A stretch of 64,000 bases of DNA from Alphaproteobacteria bacterium (GTDB lineage Bacteria; Pseudomonadota; Alphaproteobacteria; MPNO01; UBA830). Both the position numbers and the translations under genes were made by a program. The stretch is taken from NCBI GenBank assembly GCA_965243135.1, contig OZ251539.1:4128001-4192000 (forward strand), given 5' to 3'. The notes under the pieces are model-generated. The model ran no database searches, was not told the DNA's origin, and saw only the letters and a program-made list of their open reading frames with translations. This document shows, piece after piece, positions 1 through 9,211 of the stretch (position 1 is the first letter of the stretch; each line of letters starts with the position of its first letter).

Positions 1-203
1 AGCCGCTCCAGCAGGAGTTGCCGCACCTGTTGGTCCGACAGCCGGGACACCGCGTCCCTGACCTCGCCGGGAGACATGGCGTCGGGAACGCTCGGCGCCG
101 ACGGGGAACCGGTCGCGGTCAGCGCCCCGGTCTGGGCTCGCGCCGAACCGGCGGCGAGCGCGCAACACAGCGCCAGAAGAAAAGCGAAGAGAAATCGCGG
201 CAT
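1..203 (-). CDS. 5' part of an exported/membrane protein, probably MscS-family mechanosensitive channel (runs off window)
   Basis: My translation from ATG at 203: MPRFLFAFLLALCCALAAGSARAQ (signal peptide)...PGEVRDAVSRLSDQQVRQLLLER, resembling the N-terminus of large alphaproteobacterial MscS proteins; not in ORF track because truncated. Confidence 0.5.
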   Translation of the reverse strand, partial: MPRFLFAFLLALCCALAAGSARAQTGALTATGSPSAPSVPDAMSPGEVRDAVSRLSDQQVRQLLLER

Positions 204-432
204 GATTTCGAACCCGTCCGTTGTCTGCGGATGCCGCCGGCCGGCCATCCGCCGAAAGCTCGCGCCGACGCGCGACGCCCTTCGCCGCCGCCGAGGGCCG
301 CCCGCTCCGTCGCCCAAGGCGCCCGTTCCCCGCGAACCCGGCCCCCTTTGCGCACCGTCGAACCGGGCGTTACATTAAACCCGATCCCGGGACGAATCGA
401 AAGATTCCCGGTACGCGAATCAGAAGGGAAGA

Positions 433-1434
433 ATGGCTATGAAACTATACGGAACCGTCGGCGCGCTGGTCGGCCTCGCGCTCGCGGGCGGCGCGGCGTC
501 CGCCGCGGACATGAAAATCGGCTACGCGACGATCAACGATCCGCAGCACGCCATCGCGCTGGAAATCCAGAAGCGCTTCGCCGCCGCCAAGGACGCCGGC
601 ATCGAGGTGCGCATCTTCCCCTCGGGCCAGATCGGCAAAATCCCGCGCATGATTGAAGGGTTGCAGTTCGGAACGCTCGAAGCCCTCATCTCGCCGCCCG
701 GCTTCCTGGTCGGCATCAATCCGGCGTTCCAGGTTCCCGACGCGCCCGGCGTGTTCGCGGACGTCTTCCACGCGCACCGGACCCTCAACGATCCGGCCTT
801 CTTCGGACCGTACTCGCAGCTCGCGTCCTCGCGCGGCATCAAGATGGCCTCGCTGTACGTGTACGGCCCCACCTCCTTCGCGAGCAAGGCGCCGCTCCGT
901 TCGCTGGCGGACTTCAAGGGCAAGAAAATCAGGGTGCTCGCCACCAAGATGGAAAGCTCGCTCGTGGGCAAGTTCGGCGCGGCGGGCGTTCCGATACCGT
1001 ACACGGAAGTGCTGCCGGCCCTGCAGCGCGGCACCATCGACGCGGTGCGCAGCTCGATCATCGTCATGGGCGGATCGAAGTTCTTCACGGTCACCAAGTT
1101 CATAACCGTCGTCGAAAGCGGGCAAATCCCCAGCGTCGTGATGCTGAGCGACATCTGGCTCAAGAAGCTCTCCGCCGCGCAGCGCAAGTTCGTCGAGTCC
1201 ACGCTCGCCGGAATGAGCGAGGGGAACACCGGGATCGCCGCCGAGTACGGCAAGCGCGCCGAGCAGCTGTGGAAGGACAACGGCGCCGAAGTGATCCGCC
1301 TTTCGGCCGCCGAACAGAAGACCTTCATGGACACGGTGCGTCCACTGGGCGACGAATTTCTCGGCAAGCACCCGAACGCCAAGGTCCGGGAGATGTACGG
1401 GATCCTCAAGGATTCCGCCAAGCGCAACATGTAG
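433..1434 (+). CDS. TRAP transporter substrate-binding protein (DctP family)
   Basis: Signal peptide; IFPSGQIG, DFKGKKIRV, PIPYTEVLPALQRGTIDA motifs typical of DctP. Confidence 0.9.
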   Translation: MAMKLYGTVGALVGLALAGGAASAADMKIGYATINDPQHAIALEIQKRFAAAKDAGIEVRIFPSGQIGKIPRMIEGLQFGTLEALISPPGFLVGINPAFQVPDAPGVFADVFHAHRTLNDPAFFGPYSQLASSRGIKMASLYVYGPTSFASKAPLRSLADFKGKKIRVLATKMESSLVGKFGAAGVPIPYTEVLPALQRGTIDAVRSSIIVMGGSKFFTVTKFITVVESGQIPSVVMLSDIWLKKLSAAQRKFVESTLAGMSEGNTGIAAEYGKRAEQLWKDNGAEVIRLSAAEQKTFMDTVRPLGDEFLGKHPNAKVREMYGILKDSAKRNM

Positions 1435-1441
1435 GCGCGCG

Positions 1442-1469
1442 GGCGCCGGGGGCGGCGGCCCTCGGCGCC
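1442..1469 (+). other. GC-rich stem-loop after dctP (possible mRNA stabiliser/attenuator)
   Basis: GGCGCCGGGGGC (1442-1453) pairs with GCCCTCGGCGCC (1458-1469), one G-U; no U-tract. Confidence 0.35.
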
Positions 1470-1538
1470 GGGCGGGGAAGCGGCGAAACCGGTCATGACG
1501 GGACGAAGCGCCGAGCGCGGCGGCCGGGCGAAGGCCGA

Positions 1539-3623
1539 GTGACCGGCGCGGCCCGGATTCCGCCGTGGCGCATCGGCGTCGACGTCGGCGGCACCTTCAC
1601 CGATCTCGTCGTCGCCGACGCGAACGGCCGGACGGACGTGTTCAAGGTTCCGTCCTTGCCCGTGGATCCGGGAGAAGGCGTAATCGCGGCGCTCGAGGCG
1701 GCGGTCGCCGCGTACGGCCTTTCCCTCGAGGGCCTGCTCGGCGATTGCCAGTTCTTCCTGCACGGGTCCACGGTCGCCACCAACACCTTGTTGGAGAGCA
1801 AGGGCGCGCGGGTCGGCCTCCTGACCACGAGGGGCTTTCGCGACAGCCTCGAAGCGCGCCGGGGCATGCGGAAGAATCCCTGGGACCACCGAACGCCCTA
1901 CCCGCCCGTTCTGGTGCCGCGCTATCTGCGCCGGCCGGTCGCCGGCCGCATCGACGCCGCCGGCAAGGAGGTCGAAGCGCTCGACCGCGAAGACGTCCGC
2001 GCCGCCTGCCGTGCGTTCCGCGACGAAGGGGTCGAATCCGTCGCCGTCTGCCTGCTCAACAGCTTCGTCAACCCCGCGCACGAACGGGCCGCGGCCGAAA
2101 TCCTGCGCGAGGAGAACCTGTGCGACGCGATATCCGTGTCCTCGGACATCGTGCCGATCATGGGCGAATACGAGCGCTGCTCGACGACGGTGGTGAACGC
2201 CTATGTCATGCCGCGCGTCGGCACCTACCTGCGGGCGCTGCAGAAGCGCCTGACCGGGATGGGACTCCGGACCAAGCTCCTGATGCTGCAGAGCAACGGC
2301 GGTGCCGCCTCCCTCGACCAGCTGCTGCAGCGGCCCGTGAACCTGCTGCTGTCCGGTCCTTCGGCCGGCGTCGGCGCCATGCGCCGCCTCGCGGCGCAAA
2401 TCGGCGAGGACAACCTGGTCAGCATGGAGATCGGCGGGACGAGCTGCGACGTGATGCTGATGCATCGGGGCGAGGTCGCGATCACCGACATGCTGTCCGT
2501 CGCCGACTACGATCTCGTAACCCCGTCGGTCGACATCCATACCGTCGGCGCCGGCGGCGGCACCATCGCGGGAGTGGATCCGGCGGGGCTCGTCTACGCC
2601 GGCCCCCAGGGCGCGGGCGCGAAGCCCGGCCCCGCGGCCTACGGCCTCGGCGGCGTCCGCCCGACCGTCACCGACGCCCATCTCGTGCTCGGCCGCCTGC
2701 GGCCCGGTCCCTACGCGGGCGGCTCCGTGACGCTCGATCTCGCGGCGGCCGAGGAGGCGATCGACAGGGAGATCGCGGAGCCGCTCGGGCTTTCCCGCGC
2801 GGACGCGGCCGCCGGCCTGATCCGCATCGTGGAGCAGAACCTGCTGCATGCCGTCGAACGGATCAGCATCCAGCGGGGCTACAACCCCGGACGGTTCATG
2901 CTGATCGCCTGCGGCGGCGCGGGTCCGATGCACGGCGCGACCATCGGCCGCCGACTCGGCGCGCGGGCGGTCTACGCGCCGCGGCAGTCCGGCGCGTTCT
3001 GCGCCATCGGCATGCAGCACGCCGACGTGCGGCGGGATTTCGTTCGGGTGCTGATGCGCCGGCTGGACGACGGCGCGTCCCGCGAGATACGCCAAGGGTA
3101 CGCCGACCTCGAAGCGCAGGCGCGGACGGCGCTGCGCGAGGAAGGCTTCGAGCCCGGCAGCATGGCGTTCGGCCGCGAGCTCGACCTGCATTACGAGGGG
3201 CAGCAATGGGACGTGCGGGTCGCCCTCGCCTCCGACGCCTCGCCGGACCGGATCCGCGAAGCCTTCGAAGCGGAGTACGATCGCCAGTTCGGACACACCA
3301 ATCCCGGCGGACGAATCAACGTGGCCAAACTGCGCATCGTCGGAACCGGCAGGCTGCCGCCGCTGGAGGATCCCGCGTTTCCGCGCGTCGACGCGCCGGC
3401 CGTTCCCGCCGGGAGCCGCATGGCGTACGCCGAAGCGGCCGGCGGCTTCGTCGAGACGCAGGTCTATCGCGGCGCCGATTTGCATCACGGACAGGGATTC
3501 CGGGGTCCCGCGATCGTCGAGGAAGAAACGACGACGGTCCTGGTCGGCCCCGGCGACAGGGTCGCGGTCGACGCGCTCGGAAATTACGTCATCGCCTTCG
3601 ACGGCGGAGAGCGGACGCCATGA
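1539..3623 (+). CDS. Hydantoinase/oxoprolinase subunit A (HyuA-like)
   Basis: GVDVGGTFTD, HGSTVATN, LSGPSAG, EIGGTSCD, GAGGGTIA, GGAGPMH motifs; GTG start at 1539 in the 1269..3623 frame. Confidence 0.9.
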   Translation: MTGAARIPPWRIGVDVGGTFTDLVVADANGRTDVFKVPSLPVDPGEGVIAALEAAVAAYGLSLEGLLGDCQFFLHGSTVATNTLLESKGARVGLLTTRGFRDSLEARRGMRKNPWDHRTPYPPVLVPRYLRRPVAGRIDAAGKEVEALDREDVRAACRAFRDEGVESVAVCLLNSFVNPAHERAAAEILREENLCDAISVSSDIVPIMGEYERCSTTVVNAYVMPRVGTYLRALQKRLTGMGLRTKLLMLQSNGGAASLDQLLQRPVNLLLSGPSAGVGAMRRLAAQIGEDNLVSMEIGGTSCDVMLMHRGEVAITDMLSVADYDLVTPSVDIHTVGAGGGTIAGVDPAGLVYAGPQGAGAKPGPAAYGLGGVRPTVTDAHLVLGRLRPGPYAGGSVTLDLAAAEEAIDREIAEPLGLSRADAAAGLIRIVEQNLLHAVERISIQRGYNPGRFMLIACGGAGPMHGATIGRRLGARAVYAPRQSGAFCAIGMQHADVRRDFVRVLMRRLDDGASREIRQGYADLEAQARTALREEGFEPGSMAFGRELDLHYEGQQWDVRVALASDASPDRIREAFEAEYDRQFGHTNPGGRINVAKLRIVGTGRLPPLEDPAFPRVDAPAVPAGSRMAYAEAAGGFVETQVYRGADLHHGQGFRGPAIVEEETTTVLVGPGDRVAVDALGNYVIAFDGGERTP

Positions 3624-5353
3624 CGGCCCTGGATCCCGTCCTTCTCGCGCTCACCCAGAACCGGCTGGACCACATCTCCCACCAGATGGGGTGGGTGATG
3701 GTGCGCACGGCGCGCAGCCCGATCTTCAGCCAGGCGCACGATTTTTCCTGCTTCATCGCCGGCCCGGGCGGCGAAGTGGTGAGCCAAGCCGACGGCATTC
3801 CCATCCACACCGGCAGCGGCGGCTTCGGGGTGCGGGCGATCCTGCGGGATTTCGAGGGCGACATCGCGGAAGGCGACGTATTCCTTCTCAACGACCCGTG
3901 GGCGGCCGGCGGCAACCACCTGCCCGACTGGGTGATCGCCCGCCCGGTCTTCGTCGACGGGACCATGGCCGGACTGACCTGCAACCGCGCGCACCAGTCG
4001 GACATCGGCGGCGGCGCGGCGGGCGCCTACAATCCCGGCGCCACCGAGGTGTTCGAGGAAGGAATTCGCCTGCCCGTCCTCAAACTGGCGGAAGCGGGGA
4101 AGATCCGCCGCGATCTCTGGAAGCTGCTGCTGCTCAACACGCGGACGCCGCATCTTCTGGACGGCGACCTGCGAGCCATGCTGGGATCGACCCGCATCGG
4201 CATGGAACGCGTGGCGGCGCTGGTCGAGGAACTCGGCGCGGACGAGGCCTTCCGGTATTTCGCGGGCGTTCTCGATCATGCCGACCGGTCGGTGCGGGCG
4301 GAGATTTCCAGGCTGCCCGACGGCGTCTACGAGGCCGAGGACCGCTCCGACAACGACTGCTTCGAGCTGCGCGACGTAACGGTGCGGGTCAGGCTGACGA
4401 TCGAGGGCGACCGGGCGACGGTCGACTTCGCGGGTTCGGATCCGCAGATAAGGGGATTCAAGAACTCGTCCCTGGGCAACACCTGCTCGGCCGTCTACAC
4501 CGCGCTGGCTTCGTTTCTCGATCCGGATCTGCCCCATAACGAAGGCGCGTTCCGTTGCGTCGACGTGGTCGCGCCGGAAGGCACGATCGTCAACGCCGCC
4601 GAGGGCGCGTCCACGACCATGTGCACGGTCTTCTTCGCGCACGAAATCATTCATGCCGTCTGGAAGGCGCTGGCGCAGGCCGACCCGCGGCGCGGCTGCG
4701 CCGGCTGGGCGAAGAACGTGTTCGGCCTGTCCGTCGGCCGCGAGGAAAGCGGCCTCCCTTACGTCTTCTACCACGGCGCGGCTTCGGCGGGCGCCGGCGC
4801 GGTGGAGGGCCGCGACGGCTTCAACCAGATCGGCCACGTCTGCACTTTGGGCGGATTGACGATGCCCAACGTGGAAGCCTACGAGCAGCTCTACCCCGTC
4901 CTTTTCCGCCGGCAGGAGTTCCGCGCCGACGCTGCGGGCGCAGGCGAGTGGCGCGGCGGCAGCGGCTGCGAGTACGAGGTCGACATCCGCACGCCCGCCA
5001 CCCACTCCTTCCGCGGCGAAGGGCTCGGCTACGAGACGGGGTACGGCATCAACGGCGGCCGCGGCGGCGCTCCGGGCGAGATGCATCTCGCGCATCCCGA
5101 CGGCGCGACGGAAGCCGCGCCGAAATACGGGCTGCTGGCCACCGGACCGGTGCGCTTCGTCACCAGTTCGCCGGGCGGCGGCGGATACGGCGACCCGCTG
5201 AAGCGCGATCCCGAGCGCGTGCTTCGCGACCGTCGCGACGAGATCATTTCGGAAGCCGCGATGCGCGAAGTGTACGGAGTCGCGGCCGCGCCCGACGGGC
5301 GGACGGTGGACGCGGCGGCCACGGCGGCGCTCCGCAAGCGGCTGGAACGCTGA
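3620..5353 (+). CDS. Hydantoinase B/oxoprolinase subunit B (HyuB-like)
   Basis: ATG 3620 overlaps hyuA stop (ATGA); RTARSPIF, NDPWAAGGNHLPD, AHQSDIGG, GAGEWRGG, PGGGGYGDP motifs. Confidence 0.9.
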   Translation: MTALDPVLLALTQNRLDHISHQMGWVMVRTARSPIFSQAHDFSCFIAGPGGEVVSQADGIPIHTGSGGFGVRAILRDFEGDIAEGDVFLLNDPWAAGGNHLPDWVIARPVFVDGTMAGLTCNRAHQSDIGGGAAGAYNPGATEVFEEGIRLPVLKLAEAGKIRRDLWKLLLLNTRTPHLLDGDLRAMLGSTRIGMERVAALVEELGADEAFRYFAGVLDHADRSVRAEISRLPDGVYEAEDRSDNDCFELRDVTVRVRLTIEGDRATVDFAGSDPQIRGFKNSSLGNTCSAVYTALASFLDPDLPHNEGAFRCVDVVAPEGTIVNAAEGASTTMCTVFFAHEIIHAVWKALAQADPRRGCAGWAKNVFGLSVGREESGLPYVFYHGAASAGAGAVEGRDGFNQIGHVCTLGGLTMPNVEAYEQLYPVLFRRQEFRADAAGAGEWRGGSGCEYEVDIRTPATHSFRGEGLGYETGYGINGGRGGAPGEMHLAHPDGATEAAPKYGLLATGPVRFVTSSPGGGGYGDPLKRDPERVLRDRRDEIISEAAMREVYGVAAAPDGRTVDAAATAALRKRLER

Positions 5354-5436
5354 AGGCGAACCGCCGACGGCGTCTTCACAAGCGTGACCGCAAGTAGCAT
5401 ACTGCCGCGGGCTTGCAGCGGCGAGGAGACGGAAAC

Positions 5437-6771
5437 ATGGCCGATCTGAGAACCGAATTCTGCGGCATTCCCTTCAAGAATCCGGTGTTGGTCGCCTCGC
5501 TCGAAACGACCAACAGTCCCGACCTCATGAAGCAGGCGTTCGACTACGGCGCGGGCGGGGCCATCATCAAGACGCTGACCGACATCGACGACATGGCCGT
5601 TCTGACCATGAACTCGAAGTACTGCATCATGAACGAGCGCGGCGACATCATAAAGGGCAAGGTGCCGCGCGACTTCAAGTTCTACAGCCGCTCCGGCTAT
5701 TCGAGCACCTACTACAAGGACTGGATTCCCTGCCTGAAGGAAGTGGGCGCCTACGCGCGGGAGCGCGACGCCCATCTGATCGGCAGCGCCGGCGCCAGGG
5801 ACGTCGACGGTTGGAAGGACATCTGCCGCACGTTCGAGGATTGCGGCGTCCCGCTCGTCGAGCTCAATTTCGGGTGCCCGCATCCGGCCATGATGCCGGG
5901 CGTCCACGGCGGCAGCATGATCGGCCAGTCGGCCGAGGTGGCGTTCGAAGTGACGCGCGCGGTCCGCGAAGCGGTGGACATCCCGATCATGGTGAAGCTG
6001 ACGCCGGACCAGACGCGGCCGGTGGAGATCGCGCGGGCCGTCAAGGAAGCGGGCGCGGCGGCGGTGACGGCCACCAACCGCTACACCGGCTTCGCCGTCG
6101 ACATCGAGACCGGACGCCCGCGGCTGGAAGGCCCCGCGGGCATCGGCGGCACCTGGACGAAGCCGCTCACCCTGCGTTACGTCCACAACATCTATCGCGA
6201 AGTCGGCATCCCCATCGCAGGTTCCAACGGCGTCTTCGATCACCGCGACGTGGTCGAGTTCCTGATGACCGGCGCGGACGTCGTGGAAGTCGGGTCGGTG
6301 CTGATGATCAAGGGCATGAAGTGGCTTCCCGGCATCGTGCGCGGCCTCGAGCGCTTCATGGACGAGCGCGGTTATCCCGACGTCGCCGCGATGCGCGGCA
6401 TCGCGACCGAATCGTCGGTGCAGGACTACGCCGGCCAGTTCGCGCAACCGCGAATCCACGCCGTCGTCGACCGGGAAACCTGCCAAAACCCGACCTGCAA
6501 CATCTGCGTGCAGATGTGCTTCTACGAAGCGCTGTCGCAGAACCCGGCCGGCCGCATCGACGTGCATCCCGACTCCTGCATCGGCTGCGAGCTCTGCCTC
6601 GACGTCTGCCCGTTCGACTCGATCTCCATGGAGCCGACCTCGGAAGCGCAGTTCGCTGAAGGGTATTTCGCGATTCCGGACGGCGTCTACGAAAAGCCCG
6701 GCAAGTTCGTCACGCAACGCAACAACATGGAAACCATAACCCGGGACGGCCCGAGGCTGGCGGCGGAATAG
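5437..6771 (+). CDS. Dihydropyrimidine dehydrogenase PreA-like FMN enzyme with C-terminal 2x[4Fe-4S]
   Basis: FKNPVLVAS, ELNFGCPH (active-site Cys), VKLTPD, TATN; CxxxxCxxCxxxC and CIGCELCLDVC ferredoxin motifs; RBS GAGGAG upstream. Confidence 0.8.
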   Translation: MADLRTEFCGIPFKNPVLVASLETTNSPDLMKQAFDYGAGGAIIKTLTDIDDMAVLTMNSKYCIMNERGDIIKGKVPRDFKFYSRSGYSSTYYKDWIPCLKEVGAYARERDAHLIGSAGARDVDGWKDICRTFEDCGVPLVELNFGCPHPAMMPGVHGGSMIGQSAEVAFEVTRAVREAVDIPIMVKLTPDQTRPVEIARAVKEAGAAAVTATNRYTGFAVDIETGRPRLEGPAGIGGTWTKPLTLRYVHNIYREVGIPIAGSNGVFDHRDVVEFLMTGADVVEVGSVLMIKGMKWLPGIVRGLERFMDERGYPDVAAMRGIATESSVQDYAGQFAQPRIHAVVDRETCQNPTCNICVQMCFYEALSQNPAGRIDVHPDSCIGCELCLDVCPFDSISMEPTSEAQFAEGYFAIPDGVYEKPGKFVTQRNNMETITRDGPRLAAE

Positions 6772-6826
6772 CGCCCGCCGGCCGGATCCGGCGGAAAGGC
6801 GCGAACGGGAGACCGCGGAGCGACGC

Positions 6827-7516
6827 ATGGCGAAATCGGAATTCAGGCTGGAACTCGAGGCCGCGGTGAACGAACGCCACTGCGCCGACCATCCGATGTG
6901 GGACAAGCTCGCCGCCGGCGAACTCGGCCGCCGCGCGTGCATGGGTTGGGCCGTGGAGCACTATCACTGGATCTCCACGATGCTGCGCGAAGCGACGTTC
7001 GGCATCTGCGCCAAGGCGCCCGGCGACGTGATCGAGGTCGAGCTGGAGAACTTCCGCGAGGAAGAAGATCCGGACGAGCCCCACATGGAGATCGTCCTGA
7101 AATTCGCGAAGGCGAACGGAGCGGATCTCGACGAGGTCAGAAGCGGCGAGGGCCTGCCGACCACCCGCTCGTGGTCGGCGTGGCTCAGGCATGTCGCCAG
7201 GGAGGAGCCGTGGTATTGCGGCGTGGCCGCGATCCGCATCGGCACCGAGTCCCAGTCGCCCCGGCTGTACAGCAAGGTTCTGCCGTCCCTGCGCGAGAAC
7301 TACCGGTACGACGAAGAGGACATCAAGCATTTCTGGCTGCATTCCGAGGTCGACATCGAACATGGCGACCGCGGATTCGAGGTTCTCGAACGCCATTGCT
7401 CGACCCGCGAGATGAAGGAGGCGGCGATCCGCTTCGCCCGCGAAAGCGCTCGCATGCGCTGGTTTTATTTCGACGGAATTCACCTGCACTACGAACTGGG
7501 CTACGCGCTTCGCTAG
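6827..7516 (+). CDS. Heme-oxygenase-like diiron protein (PqqC/TenA/CADD-like)
   Basis: HP near N-terminus; ENFREEE...PH, TESQ, HSEVDIEH give the E,H,E,H,D,H ligand pattern of CADD-type enzymes. Confidence 0.75.
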   Translation: MAKSEFRLELEAAVNERHCADHPMWDKLAAGELGRRACMGWAVEHYHWISTMLREATFGICAKAPGDVIEVELENFREEEDPDEPHMEIVLKFAKANGADLDEVRSGEGLPTTRSWSAWLRHVAREEPWYCGVAAIRIGTESQSPRLYSKVLPSLRENYRYDEEDIKHFWLHSEVDIEHGDRGFEVLERHCSTREMKEAAIRFARESARMRWFYFDGIHLHYELGYALR

Positions 7517-7547
7517 CCTCCCGGAAACAAGGAAAGGAAACCGGATC

Positions 7548-8411
7548 ATGCGTTTTGTCGCATTCAAAAAGAACAGGGAAGCCCGGCTGGGCGTCAGGAC
7601 GGATGCCGGGGTTGTCGATCTCTCCGCCGTCGACGAGTCCCTGCCCACCGACCTGAAACAGTTACTCGCCATGGGCAAGGGAGCCATGCAGCGCGCCGGG
7701 CGGGCGGCCCGGAAAGCGCCGGAAGAGGCTATCGTCAAGGGCCGGATCAGCCATCTGCCGCCGATCCAGGAGCCGCAAAAGATGATCTGCGTCGGGCTCA
7801 ACTACAAGGACCATGCGGCGGAGGCGGGTCTGAAGCCGCCGACCTACCCTGTCCTGTTCGTCCGTTTCCCGACCTCCATGGTCGGCCACGGCCAGCCGCT
7901 GATCGCGCCCAAGGCGTCCCGGCGGTTCGACTACGAGGCCGAGCTCGTCGCCGTGATCGGAAGCAAGGCGCGCAACGTCAAGAAATCCGAAGCGCTGAAC
8001 CACGTCGCAGGGTATTCGATCTTCAACGAGGGGTCGATTCGCGATTATCAGATGAAGGCCAGCCAGTGGACGGTAGGCAAGAACTTCGACGCGACGGGAT
8101 CCTTCGGTCCGGAATTCGTGACCGCGGACGAACTGCCGACCGGCGGAAAGGGCCTCGGCATCCAGTGCCGGGTCAACGGCAAGGTGCTGCAGGACTCCAA
8201 CACGAAGGAAATGATCTTCGACGTGAAGACGCTGGTCTACGAGGCGGCGCGCGCGTTCACCCTTCTGCCCGGCGACATCATCATTACCGGAACGCCCGCG
8301 GGCGTCGGGTTCGTCCGCAAGCCGCCCATCTTCCTCAAGGAGGGCGATACCTGCGAGATCGAGGTCGAGAAGATCGGCATCCTCTCCAACCCGGTCAAGA
8401 AGGAGAAGTAG
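7548..8411 (+). CDS. Fumarylacetoacetate hydrolase family protein
   Basis: CVGLNYKDH, DYEAEL, GKNFD, PGDIIITGTPAGVG. Confidence 0.92.
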   Translation: MRFVAFKKNREARLGVRTDAGVVDLSAVDESLPTDLKQLLAMGKGAMQRAGRAARKAPEEAIVKGRISHLPPIQEPQKMICVGLNYKDHAAEAGLKPPTYPVLFVRFPTSMVGHGQPLIAPKASRRFDYEAELVAVIGSKARNVKKSEALNHVAGYSIFNEGSIRDYQMKASQWTVGKNFDATGSFGPEFVTADELPTGGKGLGIQCRVNGKVLQDSNTKEMIFDVKTLVYEAARAFTLLPGDIIITGTPAGVGFVRKPPIFLKEGDTCEIEVEKIGILSNPVKKEK

Positions 8412-8439
8412 CGCCCGAAACGGTTTCCGGACTCCGCTG

Positions 8440-8620
8440 TTCGCGACGCGAGAGTTCGGAAACCGTGGACGTATTTTTGAAGCCATCGCCGGGGAAGAAG
8501 TTCGGAAGCGCTTGGCCGATGGCGGGGCGGCATTGGGCGTTTCGGAGCGCGCCTTCCGGCGCTGGCGCGACGGAGGGAGCGGAAAGGTTATACGACCATG
8601 GGCTGTCGGCTTGCCTGCCC
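8440..8620 (+). mobile_element. Short degenerate transposase HTH fragment (ISNCY/IS481-like)
   Basis: GAALGVSERAFRRWRD then (frameshift) EGAERLYD resembles the 'AAELLGVSERTFRRW..EG..GL.D' N-terminal HTH of such transposases. Confidence 0.35.
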
Positions 8621-8769
8621 CGAAACGCGTCGACGAAACTGCTTGGGTTCCGCCCCGGAGCGCAGCGCGCCCCGAACGTTCCCGCCGCTTACGAACGGAC
8701 GGTTGGAAAACCTGCCGTCCCGTCTGACGTGGTGGGTGGCGGCAGGTTGGGATTTGTCAGCGTCACGTT

Positions 8770-9200
8770 CCCACCGCATATGCTGTCCTGCGCGTAGCCG
8801 TCCAGCACCGTCCCATTCGCACGGTCGCCTTCACGGCGTTCCGGTCGCCAACGGCCATGCTTCCCCGACGGCGGTCCTGAACGGCGTCGCCGGCCGCGGG
8901 TCTCATGCTTGCTATGCTTCGAGCGGGCCCCGTTTGAATTCGATGCGGCTTCGACGGTCCAAATCTACAACCACAATATTCGCTGACGAACCGTCCAGGC
9001 TCTTCTCGTATCCCCGCAACAGATCCGGTAACCGGTTCGGAACGATCCTTTCCGCCGGATTTGCCCTGCAAATCTTTCGATACGCTTCCCAAATTCTTGT
9101 AACCGTGCGTCTTCCATCCATGGTGCGTGCGCCAAGAAGTTTCCCGAGAAGGATGTCAACCGCGATGCGCCCCGCCCTCGACCAATGCTTCGAATTGCAT
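8770..9200 (-). pseudogene. DUF4276-like partner of the AAA ATPase, frameshifted
   Basis: MQFEALVE (ATG 9200) / RIAVDILLGK / HGYKNLG / NRLPDLLRGYEKSL..IVVVDLD / EAW..GDRNAVK / YAQDSICG spread over several frames with stops. Confidence 0.65.
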
Positions 9201-9211
9201 CGCGCCGCCCC

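Noticed and set aside
522-3488. Long antisense/alternate-frame ORFs (also 11136..13229, 18609..20873, 40159..43074 and many others)
   Set aside because: Shadow ORFs of high-GC coding DNA; they overlap well-supported genes and have no motifs
1565-5353. 1262-aa ORF as a giant fusion protein
   Set aside because: The first ~685 codons are Arg-rich off-frame read-through of hyuA; the real gene starts at ATG 3620
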